A stretch of 64,000 nucleotides of DNA from Eledone cirrhosa (taxonomy: Eukaryota). Below, piece after piece: positions 27,180 through 40,894 of this stretch (the first letter of the stretch is position 1; the number at the start of each line of letters is the position of its first letter). The DNA lies in contig OZ024757.1 of the NCBI GenBank assembly GCA_964016885.1, positions 11,656,001 through 11,720,000 of the forward strand. Direction: 5' to 3'. The notes under the pieces were generated by a model. It worked only from the letters and a program-made list of their open reading frames with translations, was not told the origin of the DNA and ran no database searches. The translations under genes were made by a program, and so were the position numbers.

Positions 27180-28483
27180 ATCAAATGCAAATCTGCGCGT
27201 GCCTCGTCGCACGTCTTGCAATTCTAAAACTACTAACAACATGCTTGCGACCTCCCATTGGCGTTAATAGGGTGATCGACAGCTGTTTTTCACCTAATGC
27301 GGGCCCTAGGGGATGGAAATGTTGACTTTTTTTATGTGCATAACACTCCCTAAAACATAAGTAATACACATGTAAAGCTTGAAAAGAATCGGTTGGGTAC
27401 TTCTCGAGTTTTAGGGATTCAAACTCACAGACACAGACACACAGACACACACACACACGCAGAGACACACACAGAGACAGACACACACACACACACATAC
27501 AGAGACACACACACACACACACACACACAGACAGACAGACAGACAGACACACACACACACGCAGACACACACACACAGACAGACATACACACAGACACAG
27601 ACACATACAGACACTCAGACAGACACACACACAGAGAAAGACACACACACACACACAGACATAAACACACATTCACGCAGACACACAGAGACAGACAGAC
27701 ACACACACACAGAGAGACAGACACACTCACAAACACACAGACAGACACACACACACGCAGACAGACACACAGACAGAGACACACACACAGAGACAGACAG
27801 ACAGACACACACCCACGCGCACAGACAGACACACACACACACAGACAGACAAACACACAGACACACACACACACACGCACGCACCGACACACACACACAG
27901 AGATAGACACACACACACACAGACAGACAGACAGACACACAGACATACACAGACACACAGACAGACACACACACACGCACAGACACACGCACACACATAC
28001 ACACACACGCACAGACACACGCAGACACACACACACACACACAGACAGACAGAGACAGACAAGCAGACACACACACACACAGACAGACAGACAGACACAC
28101 AGAGACACACAGACACACCCAGACAGACACACACACACACACACAGACACACAGACAGACACACAGACACACAAACATCGTCAGGGAAGTGACGTAATGC
28201 AGACAGCCAGACATACAAACAGATACTATAAGGGTGTGACGTTATATGTATGTATCTATTTATTCACGAAGGGCGGTGGATTGGCAGTATCGGTAGAGGG
28301 TCGGGCGCCATGCTTTCCAGCATAGTTATGTCCCTTTACGATCTGAGTTCAAATCCCGCCGAGGTTGACTTTGCCTTTCATCCTTACGGGGTCGATAAAA
28401 TAAAGTACCAGTAATGCACTGGGTATTTGCTGGCCTTGTGCCTAAAGTACAAACAGTTATATGTATGTATCTATCTAAAAAGA
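27180..28483 (-). mobile_element. Non-autonomous Helitron-like element with internal (TGTC)n tract
   Basis: 5' TCTTTTTAGATAGATACA start shared with 34279 and 34668 copies; internal microsatellite; left boundary uncertain. Confidence 0.55.
28260..28455 (+). mobile_element. tRNA-derived SINE with 19-bp target-site duplication
   Basis: A-box TGGCAGTATCGG, B-box GAGTTCAAATCC; GTTATATGTATGTATCTAT at 28241-28259 and 28456-28474; 3' fragment at ~34580-34640 (-). Confidence 0.85.
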
Positions 28484-28779
28484 GAAAGACTAAGGTGATG
28501 TCCGAACGGTTGACTATGTAATTGCTAAGCCATGGGGGCCGTCTTAAGCAGGGTATAGATATGGAGAGGGGTAACAGTAAGAGCAGTGGTTGGAATGGCT
28601 GTAAGTTAGTGAATATGTTTATATGAATGGATAACAGGAAAGAGAAATACAATCTTTACTGATATCAATGCTAGTAATAACGATATATAACGTTTTTTCT
28701 TGTTGTTGAAGTCATCATATATTTTCTGTGTTAGATTTGTGGGTATTGCTTCGGTAGAAATGTCGCAGTCCGAAGACCT

Positions 28780-29424
28780 ACTGTCACTGAACAAAATGGC
28801 GTAAGTGAAACGCCACACGCACGTACACACACACTCACGCACGAACACACACATACTCACGTACACACACACTCACGCACGTACACACACTCACGCACGT
28901 ACACACACTCACGCACGTAAACTCACGTGTGCACGTACACACACACACGCGCGAGCGCCTGCGCACACATGTTACTTAGTTACAGCTTTCCTTCCCCTCT
29001 TCCACTCTCATGTATCAAACACAGCGTCTCTCTCTCTCTCCCGCTATCCCCCTCTTTTAGTATGTCTCTTTCTTTCACTCTCACTCTTTCTAACACATTT
29101 CTCCCCTCTATCGAAAAATGCTGTGACTAATGGGGAGATGAAGGAGGAGGTGTAGAGAGCCACTTCGTCACTTCGCCTCTCCGTTTCTTTCTCTCCCCTC
29201 TCACTCCCTCATTATGTACAGACATTGGTCATTTCACTAATTCGATCCCTAGGACTAAATAATTTGAACATTTTTTTTGCTCAAAACACTCACAGGGCCA
29301 TATGTATTACACGTGTGAAGTTTGAAAAAAAAATTGAGTTTTAGGGAAACAGATACACAGACATTCTTTGTTTTATATATATAGACTAGCAGAAAACCAC
29401 CCGGTGGGTGGTTTTCTGCTAGTC
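28780..29424 (-). mobile_element. Non-autonomous Helitron-like element with CTAG|TC junction
   Basis: 5' TCTATATATATAAAACAAAGAATGTCTGTG at 29385 directly preceded by ...TTCTGCTAG; shares sequence with 33320-33602. Confidence 0.55.
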
Positions 29425-29454
29425 GATATATATTTAACACACACACAAACACAG

Positions 29455-29485
<31 letters not shown>

Positions 29486-29813
29486 CACCCATGTTCATAT
29501 TTTGAGATGCATTATTCTCAAATCAGATTATTATCTCTGACAGGAAGAACCAGTTTATAATTTTTAAGAAAAATTAAGCATACAGACATATTTTAGGAAA
29601 CTTGTGAATTCCTGTACACACACACACACACACACAAACACTTACACAGATACACACAGACACACGCACAGACAGATACACACGCATACAGACACATACG
29701 CTAACACACACATACCATACACACACTCATATATACGCACATATGCACACACGCTAACGCACACATACACACGCACATACACACTTAAACATATATATAT
29801 ATGTATATATATA

Positions 29814-29932
29814 ATAGGAACCAGTAAGACCCCGACGGCTGAACTCAAGCCGTTTCGACGGCTAAACCCCAAGTATTGAGTTCTTTGGTGCGTTATGGTC
29901 CACCTGGTTCCTTACCACATTTCCTCCGTTAT
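29814..29932. repeat. Family B mini fold-back (also 50943-51014, 51188-51259; tail-to-tail long ends at 50473-50553)
   Basis: Short end of B in one orientation fused to long end of B in the other. Confidence 0.85.
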
Positions 29933-30453
29933 GTATATATATAGAGAGACACACATAATATAAATATATAATATATATATATAATATATATATTATATAT
30001 ATATATATATATTATATATACACACACACACACATATGACACATACTCATATATAAAACACACACACGCACACACATACACACACATATAACACACACAC
30101 GCATACACACACACACATATATATGTATATTATATTCTCGGACCCAGTGAGTTGGTTAAAACACCAAAAGCCAGTCTTAAAGTTGTCGTCTGTAAATTCA
30201 AAGAACTCGGCTGTGTCTGGCTAGATCTCCATGGTAACTACTCCAAGGTCGCGTCTGGCATGGCTGGGAACGCAGGTGTCACGTGCTGGCCTAGAACGCT
30301 GGTTGTTGGAATCAGTGGTCGACGACATAACATATATATTATATGTGTGTGGAATAGTATAAATATTTCTTCGTATTTACTAACATATATATATATATTA
30401 TATATTATATATACATACATTATATATATATTATTAATATATTACATACGTAC

Positions 30454-30491
<38 letters not shown>

Positions 30492-30560
30492 TAAAATAAA
30501 AGATTAAAATTTAAGCAAAGAATCTCTGCTTTCACCCTTAACGGGATCTTCTGAAACTAA

Positions 30561-30640
<80 letters not shown>

Positions 30641-30645
<5 letters not shown>

Positions 30646-32179
30646 AGATCAAAAGATGGTTAAAGAGCCGTGTTGGTTCTTTTGAGTTTGTATTTGAAAC
30701 TTAAAAGAACCAACACGGCTCTCTCAGAACTCATATGGTCCTTGAAAGACAAAAACATTAAATATACCATCTTCTGGAAGAAGGTTGCTTCTGCATCCTC
30801 ATACTTGAACAGCTCTCTATCTAAAATCTGTAATCTCTGCCTAAATGAAAAATTTACCATTATCTCTAACCTAGATTCTATAATAAATAGACGTACAGAT
30901 TTGTTTTCTATCTGCCTGCATAAATTCCATAGGACTTTTCACAAAGTATACAGTTAATATTCAATTCTTTATCAATTTAGAATCTTTTCTCAAAGGCACA
31001 TATACATACACCTCTTTAAAATATACCCATCTTCCTACCTTACTTTAAAGGCCATTATACACTCTATAATACTTGTTTACTCATTACCCTCTCTCTATCT
31101 TCACCCTGTAAAATCCTTCATAACATATACATTTGTTTTTTTGACGTTAGAATATTCATCCGCAATCATTATTATTTTTTCTCTCTATCATAAAACTTTT
31201 TAATCTCAATTTCATCCCTAATTTATTATTTTTTTTCTCCCCATCAACGAACTCATTCTTAATACATATTAACCCTTTATTCGCATATATTATCAATTCC
31301 TTCAATATACAAACTTTAACTTCACATTATTTTTCTCAAATCCTTCTACACACAAACCTTATTAATTTTCTCTTCGTTAATTTTGAAATTGCCACAATAC
31401 TTATCAACATACACTTTTTTTGACGTTAGAATATTCATCCACAATTATTATTTTTTCTCTCTATCTTCATACATAAATTCCCTTCGTTAATTTTCAAATT
31501 CCTTTAATTTATACATTATCTTCCAACGGTTCTCAACCTCTCTATGTAAAACAATATATCTTTTTCTCAGTTATAAAAACTATCTCTTTCTCTCTATCAC
31601 CCATCTCTCCCTCTCCACCTTCACTCTCATCTCCTCCCCCTTTTTTCATCCTTTCCACCCCCCCCCTCCCTAAATAAAATATTTTTTCCTCGCACATATC
31701 CTACCTTCGTTAATTTTCAAATTCTTTTAATTTATACATTATCTTCCAACGGTTTTCAACCTCTCTATGTAAAACAATATATCTCCTCTCAGTTATAAAA
31801 ACTATCTCTTTCTCTCTATCACCCATCTCTCCCTCTCATCTCCTCCCCTTTTTCATCCTTTCCACCCCCCCCCTCTCTAAATAAAATATTTTTCCCAATA
31901 TCACACATCAATCTAAAACCACTTTTCATATGTTGATTTAAAACTGCACTATCCACAAGTGATTTTTAGCCTTCATATCATGTTCTCCTGTTTTATCTGA
32001 TGAAAACACAAATATTATTGCATGATGATGTTTGTTTTTGAAATGCGCATAATAAAATACATGGAACTCCTTTAACCATCTTTTGATCTTATATTATGTA
32101 TACTCCAGTCCTACAAACTGTAGAGTGCTTCTTATCCGATATCTGCATTGCTTTATTGTACTACAATAAAACTCACCTC

Positions 32180-32183
<4 letters not shown>
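30641..32183 (+). mobile_element. Penelope-like element family D, copy 1
   Basis: TALSELIWSLK...CNLC..EK...CLH at 30697-30957; 3' UTR with internal tandem duplications; 25-bp inverted short arm at left. Confidence 0.85.
31991..32057 (+). ncRNA. Hammerhead ribozyme family D (also 53805-53871 +, mutated 51407-51473 -)
   Basis: UUUUAU-CUGAUGA-stem II-GAAAU-GCGC-AUA-AUAAAA, palindromic stem III. Confidence 0.8.
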
Positions 32184-32207
<24 letters not shown>

Positions 32208-32211
<4 letters not shown>

Positions 32212-33222
32212 CGTTTCTGAATTTGTTTAGCAAGATTCTTTATCTGAAATCGTGTGTTGAAACCGATATTGTTATACTTTGGGAGGGTCATGTTGCCAAT
32301 AAGAAACACACACACCAGTTGCTTTCACTTCAATTTATTATATATCTATAAATTTACAAATTTACAAACTTATAAATTTCTGGTTGGTTGGTTGGTTCCA
32401 CAACCAGATAGTTGTTTATATATAGTCATAGTCCTTTCGTCACACACTCTGTGACCTCTTCAGTGACTGGGGATTCCTTTCTTCGTTTCTGTGCCTTTCC
32501 TTTCTTCTATCCTACGCCATTTTGTTTCTGTGTGTGTGTTGTGTGCTCAGTTTGCGCATGCGCCACATCCGGGTGTCTGTGTGTGTTTGTGTTCATTTAT
32601 CTATTTGTTTATTTATTTATTTATTTATTTACTGTTGGTTGGTTGTTTGTTCTATGTGTGTGTTTTCATTTTGTCCTGTGTGTGTTTTCATTTTGTCCTT
32701 AATTGTAAGTTGTTTGTTCTATGTGTGTGTGTGTTTTCATTTTGTCCTTAATTGTAAGTTGTGATGTTGCTGTTCCACTCATATTTTCTATTTAATTTTG
32801 GTTTTAGTTCTTTTATGCTTACTGCCTCTGTAATTTGCCTAAACATTGCGTCTTTTCTGTGTGTGGATTCTATTTTTATTTCTATGCTCTCTAATCTACC
32901 CCTGTGTTCTATCTTAGCATGTTGGTAGAGCACAGATGATTCTTTATTATCTTGGAGGTCTCGCCAGTGTTCATTTATTCGTTCCCCTATACTACGAGCT
33001 GTCTCACCTATGTACACTATATATTTGTTTCTACATTGTCCTTCAGTACATCTTATGCTATACACTACATTTCTAGTTTTACAGTTAATATGGAGGCTTA
33101 TTTTAAAGGTTATACATTTCTTATCTATACATGAGGGTCTTTGGAACGGGTATGTCTTGCTAATAAGTGTTTTTACGGAGGTACCAGGTCTTTCTACTAT
33201 CTTAATATTGAGATTATGTTTA
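32208..33222 (-). mobile_element. Penelope-like element family E, copy 2
   Basis: ORF 32748-33222 GIY-YIG intact in this segment; near-identical to 17315-18270. Confidence 0.88.
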
Positions 33223-33319
33223 TATATATTTCTGTGTGTGTATATATATATATATATATTACACACACAGAAATGTATATATATTTCTGTGTGTACATAT
33301 ATATATATTACACACACAC

Positions 33320-33602
33320 TCTCTCCTTCCCGCTATCCCCCTCTTGTAGTATGTCTCTTTCTTTCACTCTCAGTCTCTGTCTATGCGTGCGCAAAAAACA
33401 TTCGCACGCGCGCACGTGTTTTAGCGGCTATTCACTCTCTCTCTCTCTCCCTCTCTCCCTCCCGCTACCCCCCTCTCGTAGTCTGTCTCTTTCTTTCACT
33501 CCCACTCTCTGTCTACGCGTGCGCAAAAAACATTCGCACGCGCGCACGTGTTTCCACTGTCGGACAGACAGACAGAGAAATTGCTGGTTATATATAAGTA
33601 GA
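33320..33602 (-). mobile_element. Helitron-like fragment with two ~132-bp tandem units
   Basis: 5' TCTACTTATATATAACC...TGTCTGTCTGTC; repeat unit starts near 33329 and 33461. Confidence 0.5.
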
Positions 33603-33726
33603 TATATATACATATATTTAGTTAGAAAGTGAACAACACAAAATATAACTACTCCATTACCAAAGGTTTCTGGATACCAGACAATATTAATATACGTCTG
33701 GATCTGTCATCATATATATATATATA

Positions 33727-34262
33727 TCATCATCATCATCATCATTTAGCGTCTATATTCCTCGCTAGCATGGGTTAGACGGGAATTGTCCCACTTGAGT
33801 CAAGATTGGTCGTAAAGGACTGTATCTGGCAGGTTTTTACGGCTAGATGCCCTTCCTAACACCACCCACGTTTACAGTGTGGACTGGGAGGTTTTTACCG
33901 TGTTACCTACATGGCCACATTACAGCGTGTGCTGTGTGTTTTTTGTCGTGAGACATACACGACCTCATTAGTTTGGACAGGATATTCTGGTACCAACACA
34001 ACTTTACAGAGAAAGGGTGGTACTGGTGGGAGGATGGTGTAGGGGTAGTGGGTTTGGGTGTATATTTGGTTAAGAGGGGGCCTACTGATAGTAGGCTATC
34101 TTTGTACATAGGAAAGACGTGTCTTCTGTATTACTATGTGGCCCCAAAGATCTCCGTCCAGTGACATTGTCTTAGAGAGATGTAAGTGTGTAAGGTCGGA
34201 ATTTATCAAATCATCCCAGGTTTTTCTGGGTCTGACTACTCTGTAACTTCATCAATTTTGAT
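33727..34262 (-). mobile_element. RTE family 1 3' fragment
   Basis: (CAT)n end and 3' UTR homologous to 46431-46995. Confidence 0.85.
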
Positions 34263-34667
34263 CACCTCTCGTAGTCTGTCTTTTTAGATAGATACATAGC
34301 TATAACGTCGCGCCCTTCTAATATCTGTCTGTATGTCTGGCTGTCTGCATTACGATATTGACTTCGCTATCTGTGTGTGTATATATATGTATATATATAT
34401 AGTGTGTATATATATATATATGTGTGTGTGTGTGTATATATATATTTATATATATAGTGTTAGTATCATAAATAAGAGAGTTTAATTTCTACATTTTATT
34501 ACAGCATTCCTTTATACATACATATATACGTATATATACATACATAAACTTGTTTACAGTTGTATAAAAAAGAAGTATAATTGTTTCTACTTTTTGCACA
34601 AGGCCAGCAATTATCCCAGTACATTACTGGTACTTTATTATATATAATATATATAATACGACATTCC

Positions 34668-35025
34668 TCTCTTTAGATAGATACATAGCTATAACGTCGC
34701 ACCCCGGGTATGACGGAACTCATGGCTTAGCAATTACATATTCAACGGAAATCACATGCATCACTGACCAGTTTACTCCTTACTCTACCAGTTAGTCTTA
34801 GTGTACTTTGTCCTGCTTTTAGGTGATGGCCTTGAAGGAAGAGATTCTCCATTGGCCGAAATACTATAAAGCGGCGAGAAAAAGAACAAGGCGGGCAAAC
34901 GAATCGGCAGTGAAATCTGCTACTGGACGGTTGCAAGGCGGAGGTATTATGTACTGTTTCAGAAAGGAGGGATAAAGCTACCAATCTACGTTTAGAATCC
35001 CGAGTAACGCCGGTCCATTCTGCTA

Positions 35026-35026
<1 letters not shown>
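34668..35026 (+). mobile_element. Non-autonomous Helitron-like element
   Basis: 5' TC start, 3' imperfect hairpin CCGAGTAACGCCGG then CTGCTAG followed by T. Confidence 0.6.
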
Positions 35027-35091
<65 letters not shown>

Positions 35092-35093
<2 letters not shown>

Positions 35094-38000
35094 AGATAAA
35101 TCTACCAAAATGTACGGTAGTGTCCAATCCGTATGAAGAACTCAATGTAATCCGAATATCATGAAAAGAGAAGATGTATTCAAAAATATTTTTCGATGAA
35201 AAATACAGGAAAACAGAGTCAAGATAAATTAATAAAAATAATGAATAAAAAAAAAGAAACAGTTCCTTATATTAAAAAATTCATCATTTTAAGATCGTTT
35301 CTAGGATATATATGTGTGTGTTGGTATGTATATCATATAGATCTATGTAAAATTTTTACAAACTATCAGAGGGAATATACATACCTACACATATATATGC
35401 TGTCTTCAGAAATAATGATATTTGATTATTGAAAAAAACCAACAAAGATTTAATATAATAGGTATGTTTGGGAACAGGTTTTGAATTGACCAATAGAAAG
35501 GTAGTAAGTGGTCAAGATGGTAGAATAGTAGTAATAGAACTTTAATTTAGGGGTAGAGGAAAGCAGATTTCAGTTTTGAATGGAAAGAGTATAATGAATG
35601 AAAAGATTATTTTGGGGATGAAAATAGGTCAAGTCGGTAAAAGGTACACGAAAATTTGATGTTATAAAAGAATAATGCTAATGTAAATATCTAAGGAGAA
35701 TAAAATTTTACGATAAATGTGTTAGTGAAAAATATCAATCTTATTAAAAACATAAGGAATTTACATCTATAAAAGGAAAATAAATTAATTAAATTGATAG
35801 GTATATTTATATTGATAAATTTATATTAATTCATATAGATATGATAAATAAGAGTTAGATGTAATTGAAGAGTGCTGTTAAAAACGAAGGGAAAGTAAAA
35901 AAATAATAATTATTATTATGGGGCGGAGGGGGGGGGGGGTTAATTTATTAGTGAGTAATAACAAATTTATATAGATTATAAGGAATATAGATTCATAACC
36001 TGAAATTAAAATAGTTTATATATATACTTATTGGTATCAATTTTAGGAAAAGATAGCTGTAAAAGGGAAATAAAATTATGCAGTTCATTAGTAGTAGAAT
36101 ATTAATTATAGGTTAACTAATTTTAAAAAAATGTTATAATAATTTGTAAAGTGTATATTAATTAGGTTTATAATATTTAAAAGTTCTTCTCAATTTATGA
36201 TTACATGATATAATTAATTCCTGTCGCTTATTTAATAGGATATCCTTAGATTTTATTATTTCAAAAGTTCCTGGGAACATAATCTACATTCATATCTATT
36301 ATTTTGATAAGGGGTGGCCCTTTTGAGCACACTCCAGGTCAGGTTATAATATATATTCCTTTTTCTATAATTATTAATTATTTCAGCTTAGGATGTTGTA
36401 TTAGCTAATGCGGCATTTTTAAAACTGTGTTTGTGGGTATTAAATCTTACTTTAAATTGGTTAGAAGTAGCTCCTATATATGAATAAGTTGAGTCCTTAG
36501 TGTTAATTTTACATTTATATACTATGTTATTAATAAGGCAATTTCCTTTTAATGGGCAATTTGCTTTGTTTCTAAAGTTACAACCTTTCGTGAATGCTGT
36601 ATCAGAGGAGATAGTCAAATTAGGTGTGGAATTTTCACGACTTGTTGTATGTGAATGGGATGGTGGTTTGCTGTGGTTTATTTTAGTATTATGGTTAGTT
36701 CGATGTATTGGTGGTATATTCATGGTTTTTTTACATTTATATGCATTATAGGCACTTATATTTTGTTGTATATTTTTGGTTGTTGAGTAGGAGAATTTAA
36801 CCGTTGATCTATTTAAAATTTGATGGTATTTATGGTTTGGCGGGAAGTTTTTAGTAAAACATTTTTTAGGCATATTATCTTTAATTTGTAGGTTAAATGG
36901 AGCATTATACCAAGTAACTCGTCTATTACGGTTTTGATGTTGTTTATTATTTTTATAGAATGTATCTTGATGTTTATTAAGAGAATTAGTGTTAGTGATT
37001 TTATTACACATATTTTTAGTTAGATTCAAATCTAATTTTAACTCTAACCCTAATATAAGGCTTATATGCCCTTCCAAATCTGACATTGGCATCATTAGTA
37101 AAAAGATTTTAGATAGAGTAATCTCACAATTAAGAAAACATGTTAATTTACCACTCTGGGAAAACACATCCCAGATAATTAAATGGTTTACTAATATTAG
37201 AAATAAATCTTCTGCTTCATTTCTACAATTCGATATAGATGCTTATTATTCCTCTATATCACCTATACTCCTGAACAAAGCCTTGATATTTGCCAAAAAT
37301 AGATCAAACTTAACTATGGATGACATTAATATTATCACACATGATAGAAAAACACTACTGGAATTTCAGAAAGAATACTGGACCAGAAACACATATAGTA
37401 ATCTATTCAACATTACTATGGGCTCTAGTGATTCTGCCCAAATTAGCGATCTTGTGGGCCGCTTTCTTCTATTTAACATAAATGCTTCTTTTCCCCACCT
37501 TAAAGGTGGTTTCTATCGTGACGACTGTCTTCTTCTTTCCAATAACCTTAGCCTATCAGAAATTGAAAAAAATAAAAAAACTTAGAACTTTCCTCAAAGA
37601 CTATTATAGTCTAGATATTATTACATTTGAAAACAAGTAAAATAGTAAATTTCCTTGATATAACATTAGACTTATCTACGGGTATCTACCAACCTTACCA
37701 TAAACCTAACCAAAACTTACGTTACATACACTCACAATCTAATCACCCTAAATCTATCCTTAAAAACCTAGCATATAATATCTCACTCAGAATTAAAGTT
37801 TTATTACTACTATTCTACCATTTTGACCACTTACTACCTTTCTATTGATCAATTCAAAACCTGTTCCCAAACAGACCTACTATATTAAATCTTTGTTGGT
37901 ATTTTTCAATAAACAAATATCATTATTTCTGAAGACAGCATATATATGTGTAGGTATGTATATACCCTCTGATAGTTTGTAAAAATTTTACATAGATCTA

Positions 38001-38113
38001 TATGATATACATACCAACACACACATATATATCCTAGAAACGATCGTAAAATGATGAATTTTTTAATATAAGGAACTGTTTCTTTGTTTTTATTCATTAT
38101 TTTTATTAATTTA
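35092..38113 (-). mobile_element. Penelope-like element family A, copy 2 (fold-back with inverted RT segment)
   Basis: EN on minus 36158-37015; RT on plus ~37010-37790 (QFDIDAYYSSI, MGSSDSAQ, FYRDD, FLDITLDL, SNHP); arm 37791-38113; HHRs 35282-35417 (-) and 37921-38056 (+). Confidence 0.92.
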
Positions 38114-38235
38114 TATATATATATATCATCATCATCATTTAACGTCCATCTTCCACACTAACATGGAATATATATATATTATCATCATTTAACGTCCATC
38201 TTCCATACTAACATTGAATATATATATATATACAC

Positions 38236-38327
<92 letters not shown>

Positions 38328-39343
38328 TTATATATATATATATTTATATATAAATATATACATTTAAATATATATACATTTCTTATAATGATTACATTTA
38401 CAAAGATATATACGTCTACACATATGAACAATAAAATAATATTTTCCTTGCTACCTAGAAATGTTTTCAATAAAATTGACATCTTACCTGAGGGAAATAT
38501 TTTTCTTGAACAGTTTTCTTTCAACTAATTTGGTAGCACTAATTATATAGCACCTTGTATAATTGATAAGACGATGTGACAACTCTGGTATTTCTACGTT
38601 GTATATATATATGTGTTTATAGCAGTACACGCCCATATTTCTGTTACACATTAATAATTATTACATACATCTATATGACAAGTAGGGAGTGCTGAGAGAT
38701 TGTGTGTGTTTGTATGTGTTAATATGTGTGAGGGTGTGTATATATGTGTATGTGAGTGTACCTTTATATATATATATATATATATAGGTGGCTATATATA
38801 TATGTAAATATACATACATAGTAAGGTCACTATATATATATATATAAATACATACATACATATATACATAGCCAGGTCACTATATATATATATACTTACA
38901 TACATATATACATAGCCAGGTCACTATATATATATATATACTTACATACATATCTAAAACAGTCAACAGAACACACCCCCAGCTAAATTCTAGGAAAAGA
39001 TTCCATTTTCCCAGAATAAGTTTATAAATATTTAAATATATATACATATGAATTTGTGTGTGTGTGTGAATGTATGTGTGTGAATGTATATATAAATATA
39101 TTATATATACATGTATATATCACCAGCCACTAGGTCCTATTGCAAACTGCTAAGTTGCTCGCATGTGCGCGTGCTGAACTCTGGGTCTTTCCGCTGGGAA
39201 CAACCCCTTGCCCCCCCCCCCCCCGCCCCCGACAGTTTTTGTTTTTTGTACATCCATCCATTCAATCATTCATTTACTGCCATTCTACCTTCCTCCATGC
39301 AGCCCCTTTTCGCTCTCGTTTTCTGGCACCTCCATATATATAG

Positions 39344-39960
39344 ATGAGACGCCAGCACCCACCCCTGATGCCGCTCGGTGCCCCAGTCCCAGGCCCCACG
39401 CCCCAACCCCCACCCCTCCAAAACGACATCTGCAGCACTTGCGGCACCACTAACAAACGGAAGTGAGGCCGGAACTGTTTGGGGTGCGGCTGCTTCCACC
39501 ACCTCACCTGCGTTGGCTTGACTCGTCGAGCTTCCAATGTCCTTGCAGCGTGGAGGTGCAGGAGCTGCCTCTTCCCCACGTCTTCCCACCCACGGCCGTC
39601 TGGCACACCACCAGATGGGACAGCGAGCTTGCCTGACGCCCGAGCCTCACTGGTCAAGGCTGTACTCAGGCGGCTCCGGAAGATCCCATACAGGATCCTG
39701 AGAGCGGCACGGGTGCCGGTAGCCGATGCCTTCGCTTCCTCGATTGAGAGCGCCCTGGACTCCAATCGAGCCAGTGACTGGGAGCGGCTGTTCTCTTTCG
39801 CCCCACTCGCCCTCGGCCTCCCGAGCTCTGGCGCTGACCGGGGCGGCCGGTCAACAGCAGCCTTTGTCAAGGCCAATATCTCGTCATTTGGGCGATCGCC
39901 CATTTCAAGCGTGCCCACGGACGCCACACACCCCACCCTCAGGTACCCCTATCCTCCACC
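39344..39960 (+). pseudogene. PHD finger + N-terminal region of a probable CRE/RLE-type non-LTR retrotransposon ORF
   Basis: CSTC...CLGC...HLTC...WRCRSC with in-frame TGA 39464-39466, then RI..AAR...A...I..AL..N....WERLF.F...L.LP; GC-rich island. Confidence 0.55.
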
Positions 39961-40804
39961 TAGGTGACCGAATTAGCAGCGGAGGTGGGTGTTCAGAAAG
40001 TACAATAACTAGGGTAAGAACGGGATGGAAGAAGTTCAGGGAACTACTGCCACTGCTAGCTGCAAAAGGCTTCTCCCTCAAAATGAAAGGCAGACTGTAT
40101 GATGCGTGTATCCGAACAGCAATGTTACATGATAGTGAGACCTGGGCGCTGAAGGTGAAAGACTTACGTAGATTAGATAGAAATAAAGCCTGCATGCACC
40201 GTGGATGTGTAATAATAATATACGCGAACGACTAAGCATAAGAGGAATCAAATGCTGTGTGCAGGAGAGGCGGTTGCGTTGGTATGGACATGTGATGCGT
40301 ATGAAGGATGACAGCTGCATAAAAAGGTGCAGAGCACTAGAAGTCGATGGAAACCGCGGAGTGGGGAGATCCAAGATGACCTGGGATGAGGTGATAAAAG
40401 CCGACCTACCCAATTTCACCTCTCAAAGGCGATGACACACAACCGTGACCTCTGGCGTCACGCAGTAATACAGAGTACCCGACCTCCCATGGGTACAAGC
40501 TGAAGCATATAGACAATATGCCCCCACACCCCCCACTGCAAGGTGGTCGTGGAGGTGCCACAACAAAAAAGCACCCAGCCCACACTGTAAGGTGGACGTG
40601 TAGGCGACACGAAAAAGCACCCAGCACTCACTGTAAATGAGGTTGGTGTTAGGAAGGGCATCCAGCTGTAGAAATCAAGCCAAATCAGTTCCTGTATGAG
40701 CAAGGCATGGTCAGCCGACCAGACACTACCCACAACAGGACAACCCGTCTAAAACATGCTAGCGTGGAAGAACGGACGTAAAACGGTGATGATGATGATG
40801 ATGA
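39955..40804 (+). mobile_element. RTE family 1 3' fragment
   Basis: LGDRISSGGGC...GWKKFRELLPLL...SETW...RRLRWYGHV; (GAT)n tail. Confidence 0.9.
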
Positions 40805-40820
40805 TATATATATATATATT

Positions 40821-40894
<74 letters not shown>

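Noticed and set aside
30520-30560. Family I HHR-like CAGAAGA-UCCC-GUUAA-GGGU-GAAA on minus strand
   Set aside because: No convincing stem I or stem III/NUH site.
39464-39466. In-frame TGA as possible selenocysteine
   Set aside because: Not at a PHD Cys position, no SECIS recognised, and CGA-to-TGA decay is simpler.
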